A DNA stretch of 64,000 nucleotides from an uncultured Gemmatimonadales bacterium (GCA_963748815.1 CAVVKJ010000010.1:480001-544000), one strand, 5' to 3'. Shown: positions 40,750 to 50,414, numbered from the stretch's first letter. Notes: generated by a model from the sequence alone, not told the origin. Numbers and translations: made by a program.

Positions 40750-41711
40750 GAGGCCGGTTCTTCGCGGAGCGCAGCCGCCAGCACCCGCAGGGCCTCCGGG
40801 CTTCGCGGACTGGGCCGGCTGAACAGCGCCGCCGGGACCCGCACGAATCGGCCGGCGCGCACGGCGGGCACCGCCTGCCACTCAGAGCGGTGCGCGTAGG
40901 CGGGGAGGCTGTCGCCGAGGACCAGCACGACATCCGTCGGCCGGCTCGCGATCGCCTCGAGGCTCACCGGCGCCGAGGGCGCCGGAAGGTCCGCGAAGAC
41001 GTTCCGTCCACCGGCGCGATCGACCAGTTCGCTGAGGAAGCTCCCTGCCCCGATGGCGATCGGCGGCTGGTCCCAAGCGAGGACGAGCACCTGGATGGGG
41101 TTCGCCGAGCCCGGGACGGTGGCGCTCGCGAGCGCCGAGTCGAACCATTGCGCGAGGCTGTCCCCCGCCGGCCCCTCTCCGGCGAGGGGGGCAAGGAGTC
41201 GCGCGAGCCGCGGGACGTCCGCGAGATGATCGGTGGTGACCAGCAGTGTCGGGATCCGCTGCGCGCGGAGCCGGTCGGCGGCGGCGACGTTCTGGCTCGA
41301 GTTGTAGAGCACCACGAGGTCGGGTCGCGCCGCGACAATCGCCTCGAGGTTTGGCTGGAGCCCGTCGCCGAGGTTCGGCACCGCGAGCGCGGCCACGGGG
41401 TAGTCACACCAGGTGGTGCGCCCCACGACGCGATCGCCGACGCCGAGCGCAAAGAGCAATTCGGTGGTGGCGGGAATCAGCGAGACGATACGCGTGGCGG
41501 GGAGGGCGAGGCGCACCGTGTCGCCGAGATCGTCGACGGCGAGGATCGGACGGTCGATGCTCGGCCGCTCAGCGCCCACGCACCCGCCCACCCCGAGGAG
41601 GAGTGCCAGGAGGAGCGAGGCGCTTCGTCGGCTGCTGGCCAAGAAAAACCGCCCATATCCGGGAGGGCGGCGATGGGCGGGACTCGGCGACAAACAGCCG
41701 GGGCACGCCAC
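40746..41711 (-). CDS. btuF: Cobalamin-binding periplasmic protein BtuF-like (start either GTG 41711 or TTG 41642)
   Basis: Lipobox VGG-C, RIVSLIPATTELLFALG, VVGRTTWCDYP, NLEAIV and RPSPR. Confidence 0.85.
   Translation of the reverse strand: MACPGCLSPSPAHRRPPGYGRFFLASSRRSASLLLALLLGVGGCVGAERPSIDRPILAVDDLGDTVRLALPATRIVSLIPATTELLFALGVGDRVVGRTTWCDYPVAALAVPNLGDGLQPNLEAIVAARPDLVVLYNSSQNVAAADRLRAQRIPTLLVTTDHLADVPRLARLLAPLAGEGPAGDSLAQWFDSALASATVPGSANPIQVLVLAWDQPPIAIGAGSFLSELVDRAGGRNVFADLPAPSAPVSLEAIASRPTDVVLVLGDSLPAYAHRSEWQAVPAVRAGRFVRVPAALFSRPSPRSPEALRVLAAALREEPAS
41641..41680 (-). terminator. Putative riboswitch-associated terminator
   Basis: CCGCCCAT...ATGGGCGG stem followed by TTTTTCTT on the minus strand. 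Confidence 0.5.
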
Positions 41712-41741
41712 CCGTCCCTCCCCCGAGGGAACCTGTGGTGG

Positions 41742-41890
41742 CGCGAACGAAGAGGTCTCCTGGCTTCGGGCCTCCGCTCGCCTTCCCGGTTTCCCAGTGG
41801 CGTCGTGAGCGGAGTGAAGTGCCCGTTACAGTGGCGGGGCCGCGCCGGAATTGCACCGGCTTCCGAAAATCGTCGTTCGCCTGCGATCAA
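41742..41890 (-). promoter_or_regulatory. Cobalamin (AdoCbl) riboswitch
   Basis: Conserved blocks GGAAGCCGGTGCAATTCCGGCGCGGCCCCGCCACTGT, GCCACTGGGAAACCGGGAAGG and B12 box AAGCCAGGAGACCT, upstream of a btu-type operon. Confidence 0.93.
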
Positions 41891-41903
41891 TTGTGACTGG
41901 CGC

Positions 41904-41932
41904 AAGCTAGGGTCGGGAACGCCCTCCGGCAA
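41904..41932 (-). promoter_or_regulatory. Putative promoter of the riboswitch/btu operon
   Basis: TTGCCG-N17-TAGCTT. The TAG is also the upstream stop codon. Confidence 0.6.
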
Positions 41933-43025
41933 GGGCCGCCGACTTGAGCCGTGTCCGCTCCTTCTCGTACGCCGCCCATTCCTCCGGGGACACCTGCCCC
42001 TGCCTCCCGGCGTACTTCGTGTCGAGCCGCGCGAGTGCCTCGACCAGGTTGCCGTCGCCGGCTGCCGCGAGCTTCCCGCCTGACTGGCGGGCCCGCCGGA
42101 AGGCCAGCACGCCGCCTCCGAAGAGGAGGAGGCCCATCGCGCCGACCAGCCAGTAGAGCGCCCGGTGCAAGCCCCCGGTACCGGACGGGAATTTGACCAC
42201 ACCGGGTCCTCCCGTCGGGGGGGCGGCGGTCCACCGCCGGAGGGTGCTCCCCATCAATTCGACCGGTGCGGCGGGAGACAGTCCTGCGCCGCGCACCTGG
42301 GCCGCCGCCTCCTCGACGAGGATATCGAATGAATCCACCGGCGCCAGCCACTCCGCCTGGTCGATCGCCACCGGGAGGCGGTAGCTCACCATGATGTTCT
42401 TCCGGCCGGGAGCGACCGGCGCGAGCAGGTGCAGGGTGTCGCCGAGGAACCGGACCGCTGTGGGGCTCACATCGCCTTCCTGCACTTCGGGCTGGAGGGC
42501 GCCCGCCGGGAGGAGCACCTGCCAGGAAGGCGCGAGCGTATCCCTCCCGATCCGGGTGTCCGGCCCGTCGTTCACGATCGAGAGGAGGTCCAGCACCGCG
42601 CGGGTGCCCGACTCGTCGGGGGGCCGGACGATGACGTGGCGCGCCCCGAGGCGCACCGGGGCGGCCGACGATGTGTCGGAAACCAGCAACCGGACCCCGC
42701 CGGCGCCCGGCGGACGCATCGGCTCGCTGAAATACTCGATCCCGGCGTACCGGGCGCTCACGAGATAGATGGCGGTGGTGTCGCCGGTGGTGCGGAACCG
42801 GAATCGGCCATCGGCGCCGGAACGGACGGAATCGACGGCGCCCTGCTCCGTGCGGTTGAGCCGGTGCAGCGTGATCGCGACGCCGGCCGCGGGGACGGTA
42901 TCGCCGCCCTGGATGCGGACCGTGGAGCCGGTGATGCTGAGGGGAAGCTGCGCGGCGAGCGGCGCCGCCGTCAGGAGGAGCCAGCCTGCGAGTCCGGCGG
43001 CGCGGCTACGGATTGAAGCGGCCAA
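41907..43025 (-). CDS. Hypothetical exported protein with carboxypeptidase-regulatory-like domain, C-terminal TM and short helical tail
   Basis: Signal peptide (PLAAQ), SGADGRFRF, YAGIEY, a TM near the C-terminus and tail LARLD...YEKERTRLK. TTG start inferred. Confidence 0.7.
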   Translation of the reverse strand: MAASIRSRAAGLAGWLLLTAAPLAAQLPLSITGSTVRIQGGDTVPAAGVAITLHRLNRTEQGAVDSVRSGADGRFRFRTTGDTTAIYLVSARYAGIEYFSEPMRPPGAGGVRLLVSDTSSAAPVRLGARHVIVRPPDESGTRAVLDLLSIVNDGPDTRIGRDTLAPSWQVLLPAGALQPEVQEGDVSPTAVRFLGDTLHLLAPVAPGRKNIMVSYRLPVAIDQAEWLAPVDSFDILVEEAAAQVRGAGLSPAAPVELMGSTLRRWTAAPPTGGPGVVKFPSGTGGLHRALYWLVGAMGLLLFGGGVLAFRRARQSGGKLAAAGDGNLVEALARLDTKYAGRQGQVSPEEWAAYEKERTRLKSAALAGGRSRP

Positions 43026-43497
43026 AGTCCTGCGGATCCAGCTTTTCCAGGTATTGCTTGAGCGATTCCGCGTCGAGGCGTCGCTCGGGGGCAGGCGGCC
43101 CGGACTCGGTGCCGCTCTTGTCGAGCAGGTCGTCGCTCGTGAAGATCGGGGCATGGAGTCGCAATGCCAGCGCGATGCTGTCGGAGGGCCGGGCGTCGAC
43201 CTGGACCATCTGTTCGTCGCGGCGAATCAGCAATTCGGCGAAATAGGTGTTGTCCCGGACATTGGTGATCGTGACCCGGCGGAGTTCGCCGCCGAGGCCC
43301 ACGATCACGTGCTTCAGCAAGTCGTGGGTCATCGGGCGCTGGGCCTTGACCCCCTGCATTTCCATGGCGATGGCGCTGGCTTCCGCGGGCCCGATCCAGA
43401 TGGGCAGGACCCGCTCGCCGTCGCGCTCCCGCAACAGGACCACCGGACTGTTGGTGTTCTGATCGAGGCCCAGATGCACGACCTGCACCTCGATCAT
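43006..43497 (-). CDS. Bifunctional nuclease family protein (DUF151)
   Basis: LPIWIGPAEA, RPMTHDL and DARPSDSIALA. Confidence 0.93.
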   Translation of the reverse strand: MIEVQVVHLGLDQNTNSPVVLLRERDGERVLPIWIGPAEASAIAMEMQGVKAQRPMTHDLLKHVIVGLGGELRRVTITNVRDNTYFAELLIRRDEQMVQVDARPSDSIALALRLHAPIFTSDDLLDKSGTESGPPAPERRLDAESLKQYLEKLDPQDFGRFNP

Positions 43498-43504
43498 CGG
43501 GACG

Positions 43505-44740
43505 CTACCGCGCTTCGCTCAGCAGGGCGCGCACCCGGCTGGGCTCTTCCCAGGTGAAGAACTGCTGGGGCTTGCCGTTCACCCTGGCCGTGACCGGCTT
43601 CCGGCCGAAGTGGCCGTAGGCGGCGGTGGGGCTGTAAATCGGCCGCTTGAGTTTGAGGGCCGAGATGATGCCCCGCGGCGTGAGGTCGAACGCCCGGCTC
43701 ACGACGCGCTCGAGACGCGGGTCGGGCATCACCCCGGTGCCGAAGGTGTCGACCATGATCGACACCGGCTCCGCGACACCGATGGCATACGCGACCTGCA
43801 CTTCGCACCGGTCGGCGAGCTTGGCCTCGACGATGTTCTTGGCCACCCAGCGTGCCGCGTACGTGGCGCTCCGGTCGACCTTGGAGGGGTCCTTGCCGCT
43901 GAAGGCGCCGCCGCCGTGGCGCGCCATCCCGCCGTAGGTGTCCACGATGATCTTGCGGCCGGTCAGCCCGGCGTCGCCGTGGGGCCCGCCAATGACAAAC
44001 CGCCCGGTGGGGTTGATCAGGAACTTGGTGCGCCCCTCCCCGAACCCCGCCTTGTCCAGCACCGGCCGAATCACGTGCTCGATGACCGCCTGCCGAATGG
44101 TTGCCTGCGAGAGCTGCCGACCGCCGTGGCGCTCCGCGTGCTGGGTGGAGACCACCACCGTCCGGACCCCCACCGGCCGGTCGCCCTCGTATTCCACCGA
44201 GACCTGCGACTTGCCGTCGGGCCGCAGCCACTCCAGCTGGTCGAGGCCATGGATGCCCTTCCGGACCGCAGCCAGCCGCTCGGCGATGCGGTGCGCAAGC
44301 ATGATCGGCAGCGGCATCCGCTCGCGGGTTTCCCGCGTGGCGTAGCCAAACATCATCCCCTGGTCGCCCGCCCCCTGCGCCTTGTCGCTCGTCTCATCCA
44401 CGCCCATCGCGATGTCGGCCGACTGCCGCCCGATGGACGACAGCACCGCGCACGTCCGCGAATCGAAGCCGTGCGTGGCGTCGTTGTAGCCGATGCGCTC
44501 GACCGTCTGCCGGACGATCCCGGGAATGTCGACATAGGTCTTGGTGGTGATTTCTCCCGACACCATGACCATGCCCGTGGTCACGAGCGTCTCGCAGGCG
44601 ACCCGCCCGTTCGGGTCCTCGGCGAGGATCGCGTCGAGGACGGCGTCCGAGATCTGGTCGGCCACCTTGTCCGGGTGACCCTCGGTCACGGACTCGGAGG
44701 TGAAGAGGTACCGCTTCTGCTTCGCGCGCTTGGCAGTCAT
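43505..44740 (-). CDS. metK: S-adenosylmethionine synthetase
   Basis: [19 protein letters not shown] and [16 protein letters not shown]. Confidence 0.98.
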   Translation of the reverse strand: MTAKRAKQKRYLFTSESVTEGHPDKVADQISDAVLDAILAEDPNGRVACETLVTTGMVMVSGEITTKTYVDIPGIVRQTVERIGYNDATHGFDSRTCAVLSSIGRQSADIAMGVDETSDKAQGAGDQGMMFGYATRETRERMPLPIMLAHRIAERLAAVRKGIHGLDQLEWLRPDGKSQVSVEYEGDRPVGVRTVVVSTQHAERHGGRQLSQATIRQAVIEHVIRPVLDKAGFGEGRTKFLINPTGRFVIGGPHGDAGLTGRKIIVDTYGGMARHGGGAFSGKDPSKVDRSATYAARWVAKNIVEAKLADRCEVQVAYAIGVAEPVSIMVDTFGTGVMPDPRLERVVSRAFDLTPRGIISALKLKRPIYSPTAAYGHFGRKPVTARVNGKPQQFFTWEEPSRVRALLSEAR

Positions 44741-44770
44741 CGAAAAACCGGTCAGAGGGGTTGAGGAGCT

Positions 44771-46582
44771 TCAGTTCGATGGAATACTAGCGGGCGGCCG
44801 GTACGTCGGCAACGCGCCCGCCGGGTCGATCACCGCAAGGTCGAGGTGCGCACCGACCGCGGCCCGGAGGATCTCGCGGACCTCGACCGAGGTGTCCGCT
44901 TGCAAGGCCCGCGCCGCGGCGTCCTCGGCGACCGACGCCGGGACGCTCCGCACGATCAGCTTGAGCAGCGGCAGCGCCGGCGGCGCCACGCTGAGCTCGA
45001 CGAAGCCAAGGCCCATGAGGAGCACCGCTGAGAGCGGCTCGGAGGCCATTTCCCCGCAGATGCTGACCGGGATGCCCGCCGCGCTCGCCGCCTGGTGGAC
45101 CGCGCGAAGCTGCCGCAGGATGGCCGGGTGCTCGGTCCGAAAACGGTCGGCCAGCCTGGCGTTCCCCCGGTCGACGACCAGCGTGTACTGCGTCAGGTCA
45201 TTGGTCCCGACGCTGAAGAAGTCGGAGACCGCGGCGAGTCGATCGGCGAGGATGACGGCAGCGGGCGTCTCGATCATCACCCCGACGGGCAGGCGGTCCG
45301 CGACCTGCTCCCCCGCGGCGCGGAGCGCGGTGCGCTCCTCATCGAGCATGGCCCGTACACGCGTCACCTCGTCCACGCTGGTGATGAGCGGGAGCATGAT
45401 CCGAAGGTCGCGCCCGAAGCCCGCCCGCAGCACGGCGCGCAACTGCGGCCGGAAGATCTCGGGGTGGTCGAGGCAGACCCGGATCGACCGCCAGCCCAGG
45501 AAGGGGTTCGCCTCAATCGGCGCCTCGAAGGCGGCGGGAAATTTGTCGCCGCCCAGATCGAAGGTGCGCACCACGACCGGCTGATCGGGAAAGGCCTGGG
45601 CCACCCGCCGGAAGTAGTCGGTCTGTTCCGATTCGGACGGGACGACCGCGCGCCCCGTCAGGAGGAACTCGGTCCGCAACAGCCCCACGCCTTCCGCCCC
45701 GTGCCGGACCGCCGGTTCGATTTCCTCGGGCAGATCCACATTGCCGCGCAACGCCATCCGGCGGCCATCCGGAGTCACCGCCGGCGCCGAGAGTCCGGCC
45801 TCCAGCTTGAGTTCGAGGCGGTGGCGGCGATGCAGCCGGGTCTTCGCTTCCTCGAGTTCACTCCGGTTGGGGTCGAGGATCACCGTGCCGGTACGGCCGT
45901 CGAGGAGGATCATCTGGCCGTCGCGGACCCGCTGGATCGCGCCGGAGACGCCCATCACCGCGGGAATGCCCAGCGAGTGGGCGAGGATCGCAGCGTGGGA
46001 GGTCCGGGTGCCCTCTTCGCTCAGCAGCCCCACCACGTGCTCCCGGTCGAGCTGCACCGTCAGGCCGGGAGAGAGCTCGTGCGCCACCACGATCACCTGT
46101 TCGTCGAGCGTGCCGGACCAGGGTTCGCGCTCCGTCTGTCCCATCAGCTTCAGCACGACCCGTCGCTGGATGGCCGTCAGGTCGGCGAGGCGCTCCCGGA
46201 GCTGGGCGCTGCCGGAACTGGCCCAGAGATTCCGCAGCTCGAGCGCCTTGAATTCGTAGGCCGTCTCGGCGCTGAGCTGGTTCTTCCGGATGAGGAGCTC
46301 GACCCCGGCGAGAAAGTCGGGATCCTGCACCATGAGGATCTGCGCCTCGAAGATGCGTGACTCCTCGACCCCCGCGCGGACCAGCACCCGTTCGCGTAGC
46401 GATTCCAGCCCGACGACCGCCTCCCGCACCGCGTCGTGAAGCCGGGCGACTTCCCCAGGAAGGTCCGCCTCCTCGACGGTGCGATCAGGTACGTCCGGGA
46501 ACCCCCAGTGCACCACCATCGCAGCGGCGAAGCCGACCCCGGGAGAGACCCCGATCCCCTGCAGACGGCGCGGGTCGTTCAC
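44771..46582 (-). CDS. ptsI: PTS enzyme I
   Basis: TSHAAILA, GVGLLRTEF, RTFDLGGDK, NPFLGWR, GTNDLTQY and CGEMA. Confidence 0.96.
   Translation of the reverse strand: MNDPRRLQGIGVSPGVGFAAAMVVHWGFPDVPDRTVEEADLPGEVARLHDAVREAVVGLESLRERVLVRAGVEESRIFEAQILMVQDPDFLAGVELLIRKNQLSAETAYEFKALELRNLWASSGSAQLRERLADLTAIQRRVVLKLMGQTEREPWSGTLDEQVIVVAHELSPGLTVQLDREHVVGLLSEEGTRTSHAAILAHSLGIPAVMGVSGAIQRVRDGQMILLDGRTGTVILDPNRSELEEAKTRLHRRHRLELKLEAGLSAPAVTPDGRRMALRGNVDLPEEIEPAVRHGAEGVGLLRTEFLLTGRAVVPSESEQTDYFRRVAQAFPDQPVVVRTFDLGGDKFPAAFEAPIEANPFLGWRSIRVCLDHPEIFRPQLRAVLRAGFGRDLRIMLPLITSVDEVTRVRAMLDEERTALRAAGEQVADRLPVGVMIETPAAVILADRLAAVSDFFSVGTNDLTQYTLVVDRGNARLADRFRTEHPAILRQLRAVHQAASAAGIPVSICGEMASEPLSAVLLMGLGFVELSVAPPALPLLKLIVRSVPASVAEDAAARALQADTSVEVREILRAAVGAHLDLAVIDPAGALPTYRPPASIPSN
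44784..44812 (-). promoter_or_regulatory. Putative metK promoter inside the ptsI 3' end
   Basis: TTGCCG-N17-TAGTAT. Confidence 0.6.
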
Positions 46583-46845
46583 GTCTCGCCGAACCCGTCC
46601 GCGACCAGCGCGACCATGGCGTCCAGTGCCGCCTCGGCATCGGGGCCCTCGGCCCGGATCGTGATCGTGCTGCCGCACTCGGCGGCGAGCATCATCACGC
46701 CCATGATGCTCTTACCGTTGATGGCCAGGTCGTCCTTCACCAGTTCGATGTGCGACTGGAAGCCCGACGCCAGCTTGACCAGGCGGGCCGCCGGCCGGGC
46801 GTGCATTCCGAGCGGGTTCACGATCGTCGCTTCGCGTTCGATCAC
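46579..46845 (-). CDS. ptsH: HPr phosphocarrier protein
   Basis: GMHARPA (His15) and NGKSIMG (Ser46). Confidence 0.96.
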   Translation of the reverse strand: MIEREATIVNPLGMHARPAARLVKLASGFQSHIELVKDDLAINGKSIMGVMMLAAECGSTITIRAEGPDAEAALDAMVALVADGFGET

Positions 46846-47585
46846 GGCGCAAACCTCGTCCAGAGAAGGGTGAGTACGGCAAGGAGCAGCCCCACGCGCA
46901 GGGCGGCCCACCGGGCGCCGCCCCATCGACGGGCGGCCAGCGCGATGGCCGCGCTCGCGCCGGTCGCCAGCGCAGCGTCACCGAGAGGAGCGGAGAGAGA
47001 GCCCAACAGCCACGCGCCCGCGAGCGGAAGGGCCGCCCCCACGGCAAATCCTGCCGGCGCCGCAATCCTGGCGACGCCCTTCGGCAGCCAGGAGGCGGAG
47101 ATCGCGGTGCCCACCTGCATGCCGGACTCGAGCCCCGTCGCGAGCGCCCACCGGGTGACGGCGAGCCGAATCACGTTGTAACCCACGACGACCCCCGCGA
47201 GCACCCACCCTCCCCCGCCCAGCGCGACGCCCGCCAACGCGACCGACATGAGGATCGGGACCATGCCAGCCCAGAAGAACTGGTCGCCGAGGGCGCCGAG
47301 CGGACTGCAGAGCGCGGTCCGCAGCCGCTGGATCTGCGCGCCAGGGACCCCGTCGTGCTCCGCCCGCGTGGAGGCACCGAGCGCGAGGCCGGCCAGGTAC
47401 GGATGGCAGTTGAAGAATTCCGCCGACCGCGCCGTCGCTTCCTTGTGCCGGGCCGGGTCGGCGGACTCGAGGTCGGCGAGCAGTGGCTCCGCCGCATTCC
47501 CCATTCCGACCCCGATCATCCGCTCGTAGCTCCACGCCCCCTGCACCGCCAGCAGCCGAAGGAGCGCGCGACCCTGACCCTTCAC
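46842..47585 (-). CDS. PTS mannose/fructose/sorbose family IID
   Basis: WSYERM, FFNCHPY and PLGALGDQFFW. Confidence 0.9.
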   Translation of the reverse strand: MKGQGRALLRLLAVQGAWSYERMIGVGMGNAAEPLLADLESADPARHKEATARSAEFFNCHPYLAGLALGASTRAEHDGVPGAQIQRLRTALCSPLGALGDQFFWAGMVPILMSVALAGVALGGGGWVLAGVVVGYNVIRLAVTRWALATGLESGMQVGTAISASWLPKGVARIAAPAGFAVGAALPLAGAWLLGSLSAPLGDAALATGASAAIALAARRWGGARWAALRVGLLLAVLTLLWTRFAP

Positions 47586-48274
47586 CGCGGGACTCCAATG
47601 CCGACGATCAGCAGCACCCCGGTCGCGGCGCCGAGCCCCAGCCAAACCAGCCGCCGCCCCCGACCCGCCGTGCGGAGCGCCCCGGAGAGCGCGGCGGCCA
47701 ACCCCGCGCCGAGGAGCACTGGCGCGAGCAGGGGATTCGCCCACCTCGGCGAGGCGGAGGTCACGACGACGATCGCCAGCGTCAGGCCCAGCGCCGTCAC
47801 GACGGCCGCCCGCGCCGCGTCGCGCGCGATCCCGGCCCACTGCAGACGATGGATCGCGCGGGCCGATCCCGCATTCAAGTCGTCGGACAGCTGATGCACG
47901 TGACGGGCATTCGCGTGCCGCAGCCAGTCAAGGGTGCGCCCGGCCACCAGCGCCATCACGAGCCCGAGCAGGCTGCCGACGCCGGTCCCCATGCCGACCG
48001 GCAGCAGCGCGGCGGCCGTCACGGCCGCCACCGCTGCGGGGCCATACTCGGGGTATCGGCTCGCACCGACCGGCAGCACGTCGAGCGCATACAGTTCCAG
48101 CACCGCGCCGACCCGGAGTCCGGTGTCGAGGTCGCCGAGGAGCCAACCGGCCACCGACCCCGCCACGAGCGGCCGGGAGAGGAGCCCCTGCGGCACGCTG
48201 ACCAGGTCGAGTCCGACGATCGTGCCCCACACCAACAGCGCCGCCAGCGGCAGGTAGAGCTGCTCCGGGCTCAT
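47582..48274 (-). CDS. PTS mannose/fructose/sorbose family IIC
   Basis: SRPLVAG, GAVLEL and PVGA in a hydrophobic protein between IIB and IID. Confidence 0.85.
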   Translation of the reverse strand: MSPEQLYLPLAALLVWGTIVGLDLVSVPQGLLSRPLVAGSVAGWLLGDLDTGLRVGAVLELYALDVLPVGASRYPEYGPAAVAAVTAAALLPVGMGTGVGSLLGLVMALVAGRTLDWLRHANARHVHQLSDDLNAGSARAIHRLQWAGIARDAARAAVVTALGLTLAIVVVTSASPRWANPLLAPVLLGAGLAAALSGALRTAGRGRRLVWLGLGAATGVLLIVGIGVPR

Positions 48275-48744
48275 GCCAGTGACTCGAGCGGGACGGCCCC
48301 CGCGCCGGGGACGTCTTCCGCGGAAACCTGGACGCCGGCCGCCCGGAGCCGCTGCAGCGCGGTGAGCTCCTCGTCCGTCAGGTAGAGGTAGGGGAGTCGC
48401 TCGGTGCGGCCATCGCGATGGTGGATGCCGCCGAGATTGACTGCGGGAGGGTGCGGGATGCCAGCCAGCAGACGCGTCATCGTCTCGATCGAACCGGTCA
48501 GGAGCAGCACGGCGAGGGGGCCGCCCTGCCAGTCGGCCAGCCGATCGCGCGCCTGCTCGGTGCTCAGGAACTCGACCTGGAGTTCGGAGGGTACCGCCAT
48601 GCGGTAGAGGTCCTGCTCCCAGGCGCTGGCGGCCACGTCGTCGTCGACGAGGACGATGTCCCGGATGTCCAGGGCGCGGGCCCACCCCAGCACAACCTGG
48701 CCGTGGATCAGGCGGTCATCGATGCGGCAAAGCCGGATCGGCAT
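48271..48744 (-). CDS. PTS mannose/sorbose family IIB
   Basis: RIDDRLIHGQV and VNLGG. Confidence 0.93.
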   Translation of the reverse strand: MPIRLCRIDDRLIHGQVVLGWARALDIRDIVLVDDDVAASAWEQDLYRMAVPSELQVEFLSTEQARDRLADWQGGPLAVLLLTGSIETMTRLLAGIPHPPAVNLGGIHHRDGRTERLPYLYLTDEELTALQRLRAAGVQVSAEDVPGAGAVPLESLA

Positions 48745-49118
48745 CAGGGGGCCCGGATGGCGCGCTCGCCGGTGGCGACCGCGCGGGCGGCCGCCTCCGT
48801 GGGCGTCTCGTCGACGTGAAACACGAAATCGATGAGCATCGCGAGGTTGACCCCAGTCACCACCTTGACGTTTGGTTCCTCCCGGAGCCGGTGCATCGCG
48901 GCGAAGAGGCAGGAGCCGCTCGGCATGTCCACGAAGACCACTGCGGGCTTCGCGGCGATTGCGCTTGTGATGCGCGCCTCGATCGTGGCGGGATCGCAGC
49001 CGGTGTTGCTGACCGGCACGAGCAGCCCGGTCAGGCCGGTGATCTGTTCCGCCGCCGCGACCATCGCCGCCGCCAGCCCGCCGTGACAGACCACGACGCC
49101 GCGCAGCGCCTCACTCAT
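48744..49118 (-). CDS. PTS mannose/fructose family IIA
   Basis: VVCHGGLA, FVDMPSGS and VTGVNLAML. Confidence 0.9.
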   Translation of the reverse strand: MSEALRGVVVCHGGLAAAMVAAAEQITGLTGLLVPVSNTGCDPATIEARITSAIAAKPAVVFVDMPSGSCLFAAMHRLREEPNVKVVTGVNLAMLIDFVFHVDETPTEAAARAVATGERAIRAP

Positions 49119-50076
49119 AGTCTTCCTGCAGGTATTCCCGGATGCCGCGCTGTTCCTTCATTCGCCGGATGAGCCGCTCGTTGAACGCCGCCGCCACGTC
49201 CACGCCGGAATAGCGCAGGAGGTGCATCATCGCCACCACCTCGGAAATGACCGTGAGGTTCTTGCCGGGGTTCAGCGGCACGATCACCTTGGGGACCTTC
49301 ACGTCGAGAATCTCGACTTCCTGCTGCGCCAGCCCGGTCCGTTCCGCTTCCTGTGCGTGTTCCCAGTCCTCGAGCTGGACCACGACCTCGATCCGCTTCT
49401 GCTGCCGGATGGCCCGCACCCCGAACAGGGCCGAGATGTCGACCAGGCCGATGCCGCGAATTTCCATGTGATGCTGGGCGAGCTCATGTCCCTTGCCGAT
49501 CAGGACCCCGTTGCCACGGCGGGAGACCTGCACGACGTCGTCGGCCACCAGGCGATGCCCCCGCTCCACGAGGTCGAGAACGCACTCGCTCTTCCCGATG
49601 CCCGACCGCCCGATGAACAGGAGGCCCACGCCGTAGACGTCCGCGAGGGAACCGTGCAGCGTGGTCCGCGGGGCGAACGCCTCCTCGAGCACCGGCTTGA
49701 TGCGCCGATAGAACTCGGCGGTCTTGAGCTGGGTGCGGACGATGGGCACCTGGCGGCGTTCCGCGAGGGCCATCATTTCCGGCGGGACCGGCAGCCCCTT
49801 GGTGACGAACACCACCGGCAGGTCGAACGCGAAGAGCGCCCCCAGCGCCGACTCGCGGGCGGGACCGTCGAGCGAGGCGAGATAGGTGATCTCCGTCTCG
49901 CCGAAGACGTGGATGCGCTGCGCGATGAAGCGGCCGGTAAAGCCGGCCAGCGCCAGGCCCGGACTCGCCACTTCGGAGTCCGGGAGAAACCGGTCCAGGC
50001 ACAGGGCGCCGGTCAGACACTCCAGCTGGAGCGTCTCGCCGCTGCCCTCGACCAGGTCGCGGAGGCGGAGGGTCAC
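49111..50076 (-). CDS. hprK: HPr kinase/phosphorylase
   Basis: PGLALAGF, GRSGIGKSE, LVADD, MEIRGIG and PGKNL. Confidence 0.96.
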   Translation of the reverse strand: MTLRLRDLVEGSGETLQLECLTGALCLDRFLPDSEVASPGLALAGFTGRFIAQRIHVFGETEITYLASLDGPARESALGALFAFDLPVVFVTKGLPVPPEMMALAERRQVPIVRTQLKTAEFYRRIKPVLEEAFAPRTTLHGSLADVYGVGLLFIGRSGIGKSECVLDLVERGHRLVADDVVQVSRRGNGVLIGKGHELAQHHMEIRGIGLVDISALFGVRAIRQQKRIEVVVQLEDWEHAQEAERTGLAQQEVEILDVKVPKVIVPLNPGKNLTVISEVVAMMHLLRYSGVDVAAAFNERLIRRMKEQRGIREYLQEDYE

Positions 50077-50390
50077 ACGTTGTCCAGTTCGGTCGGTTTC
50101 CGGCTGCGCAGCCGGCGAGTGCCCGGCTTTTCCAGCTGGCGGCGCAGGCGGCCTTCGGCCTGGTCGAGCGCCGACCGGTGGTCGTCCCCACGGCCGGCGG
50201 CGAGGATCGGCGCTTCGCCGGGCGCGAGATACCGAAGTTCGGCGGTCGGGACGCCGGCATCGACGTCAAACAGCACGGTCACGTCTGCGGCGCGCCCGGA
50301 GCGCACCTCGAGGCGGGTGGCGATGTCGTGGGCGCGTTCGCGCAGGAGGTCGGGCAGTTCGCAGTGGCGGGCGGTGATGGTAACGGGCAT
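50073..50390 (-). CDS. hpf: HPF/RaiA-family ribosome-associated protein (short, divergent)
   Basis: ITARH N-terminus and SALDQAEGRLRRQL. Upstream of hprK. Confidence 0.7.
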   Translation of the reverse strand: MPVTITARHCELPDLLRERAHDIATRLEVRSGRAADVTVLFDVDAGVPTAELRYLAPGEAPILAAGRGDDHRSALDQAEGRLRRQLEKPGTRRLRSRKPTELDNV

Positions 50391-50414
50391 GGGTCCCCCC
50401 GTGAAGATGACAGG

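Noticed and set aside
44741..44790. SAM riboswitch before metK (and FMN riboswitch before ribD)
   Set aside because: The intergenic gaps are only about 20-30 bp and lack the conserved aptamer motifs.
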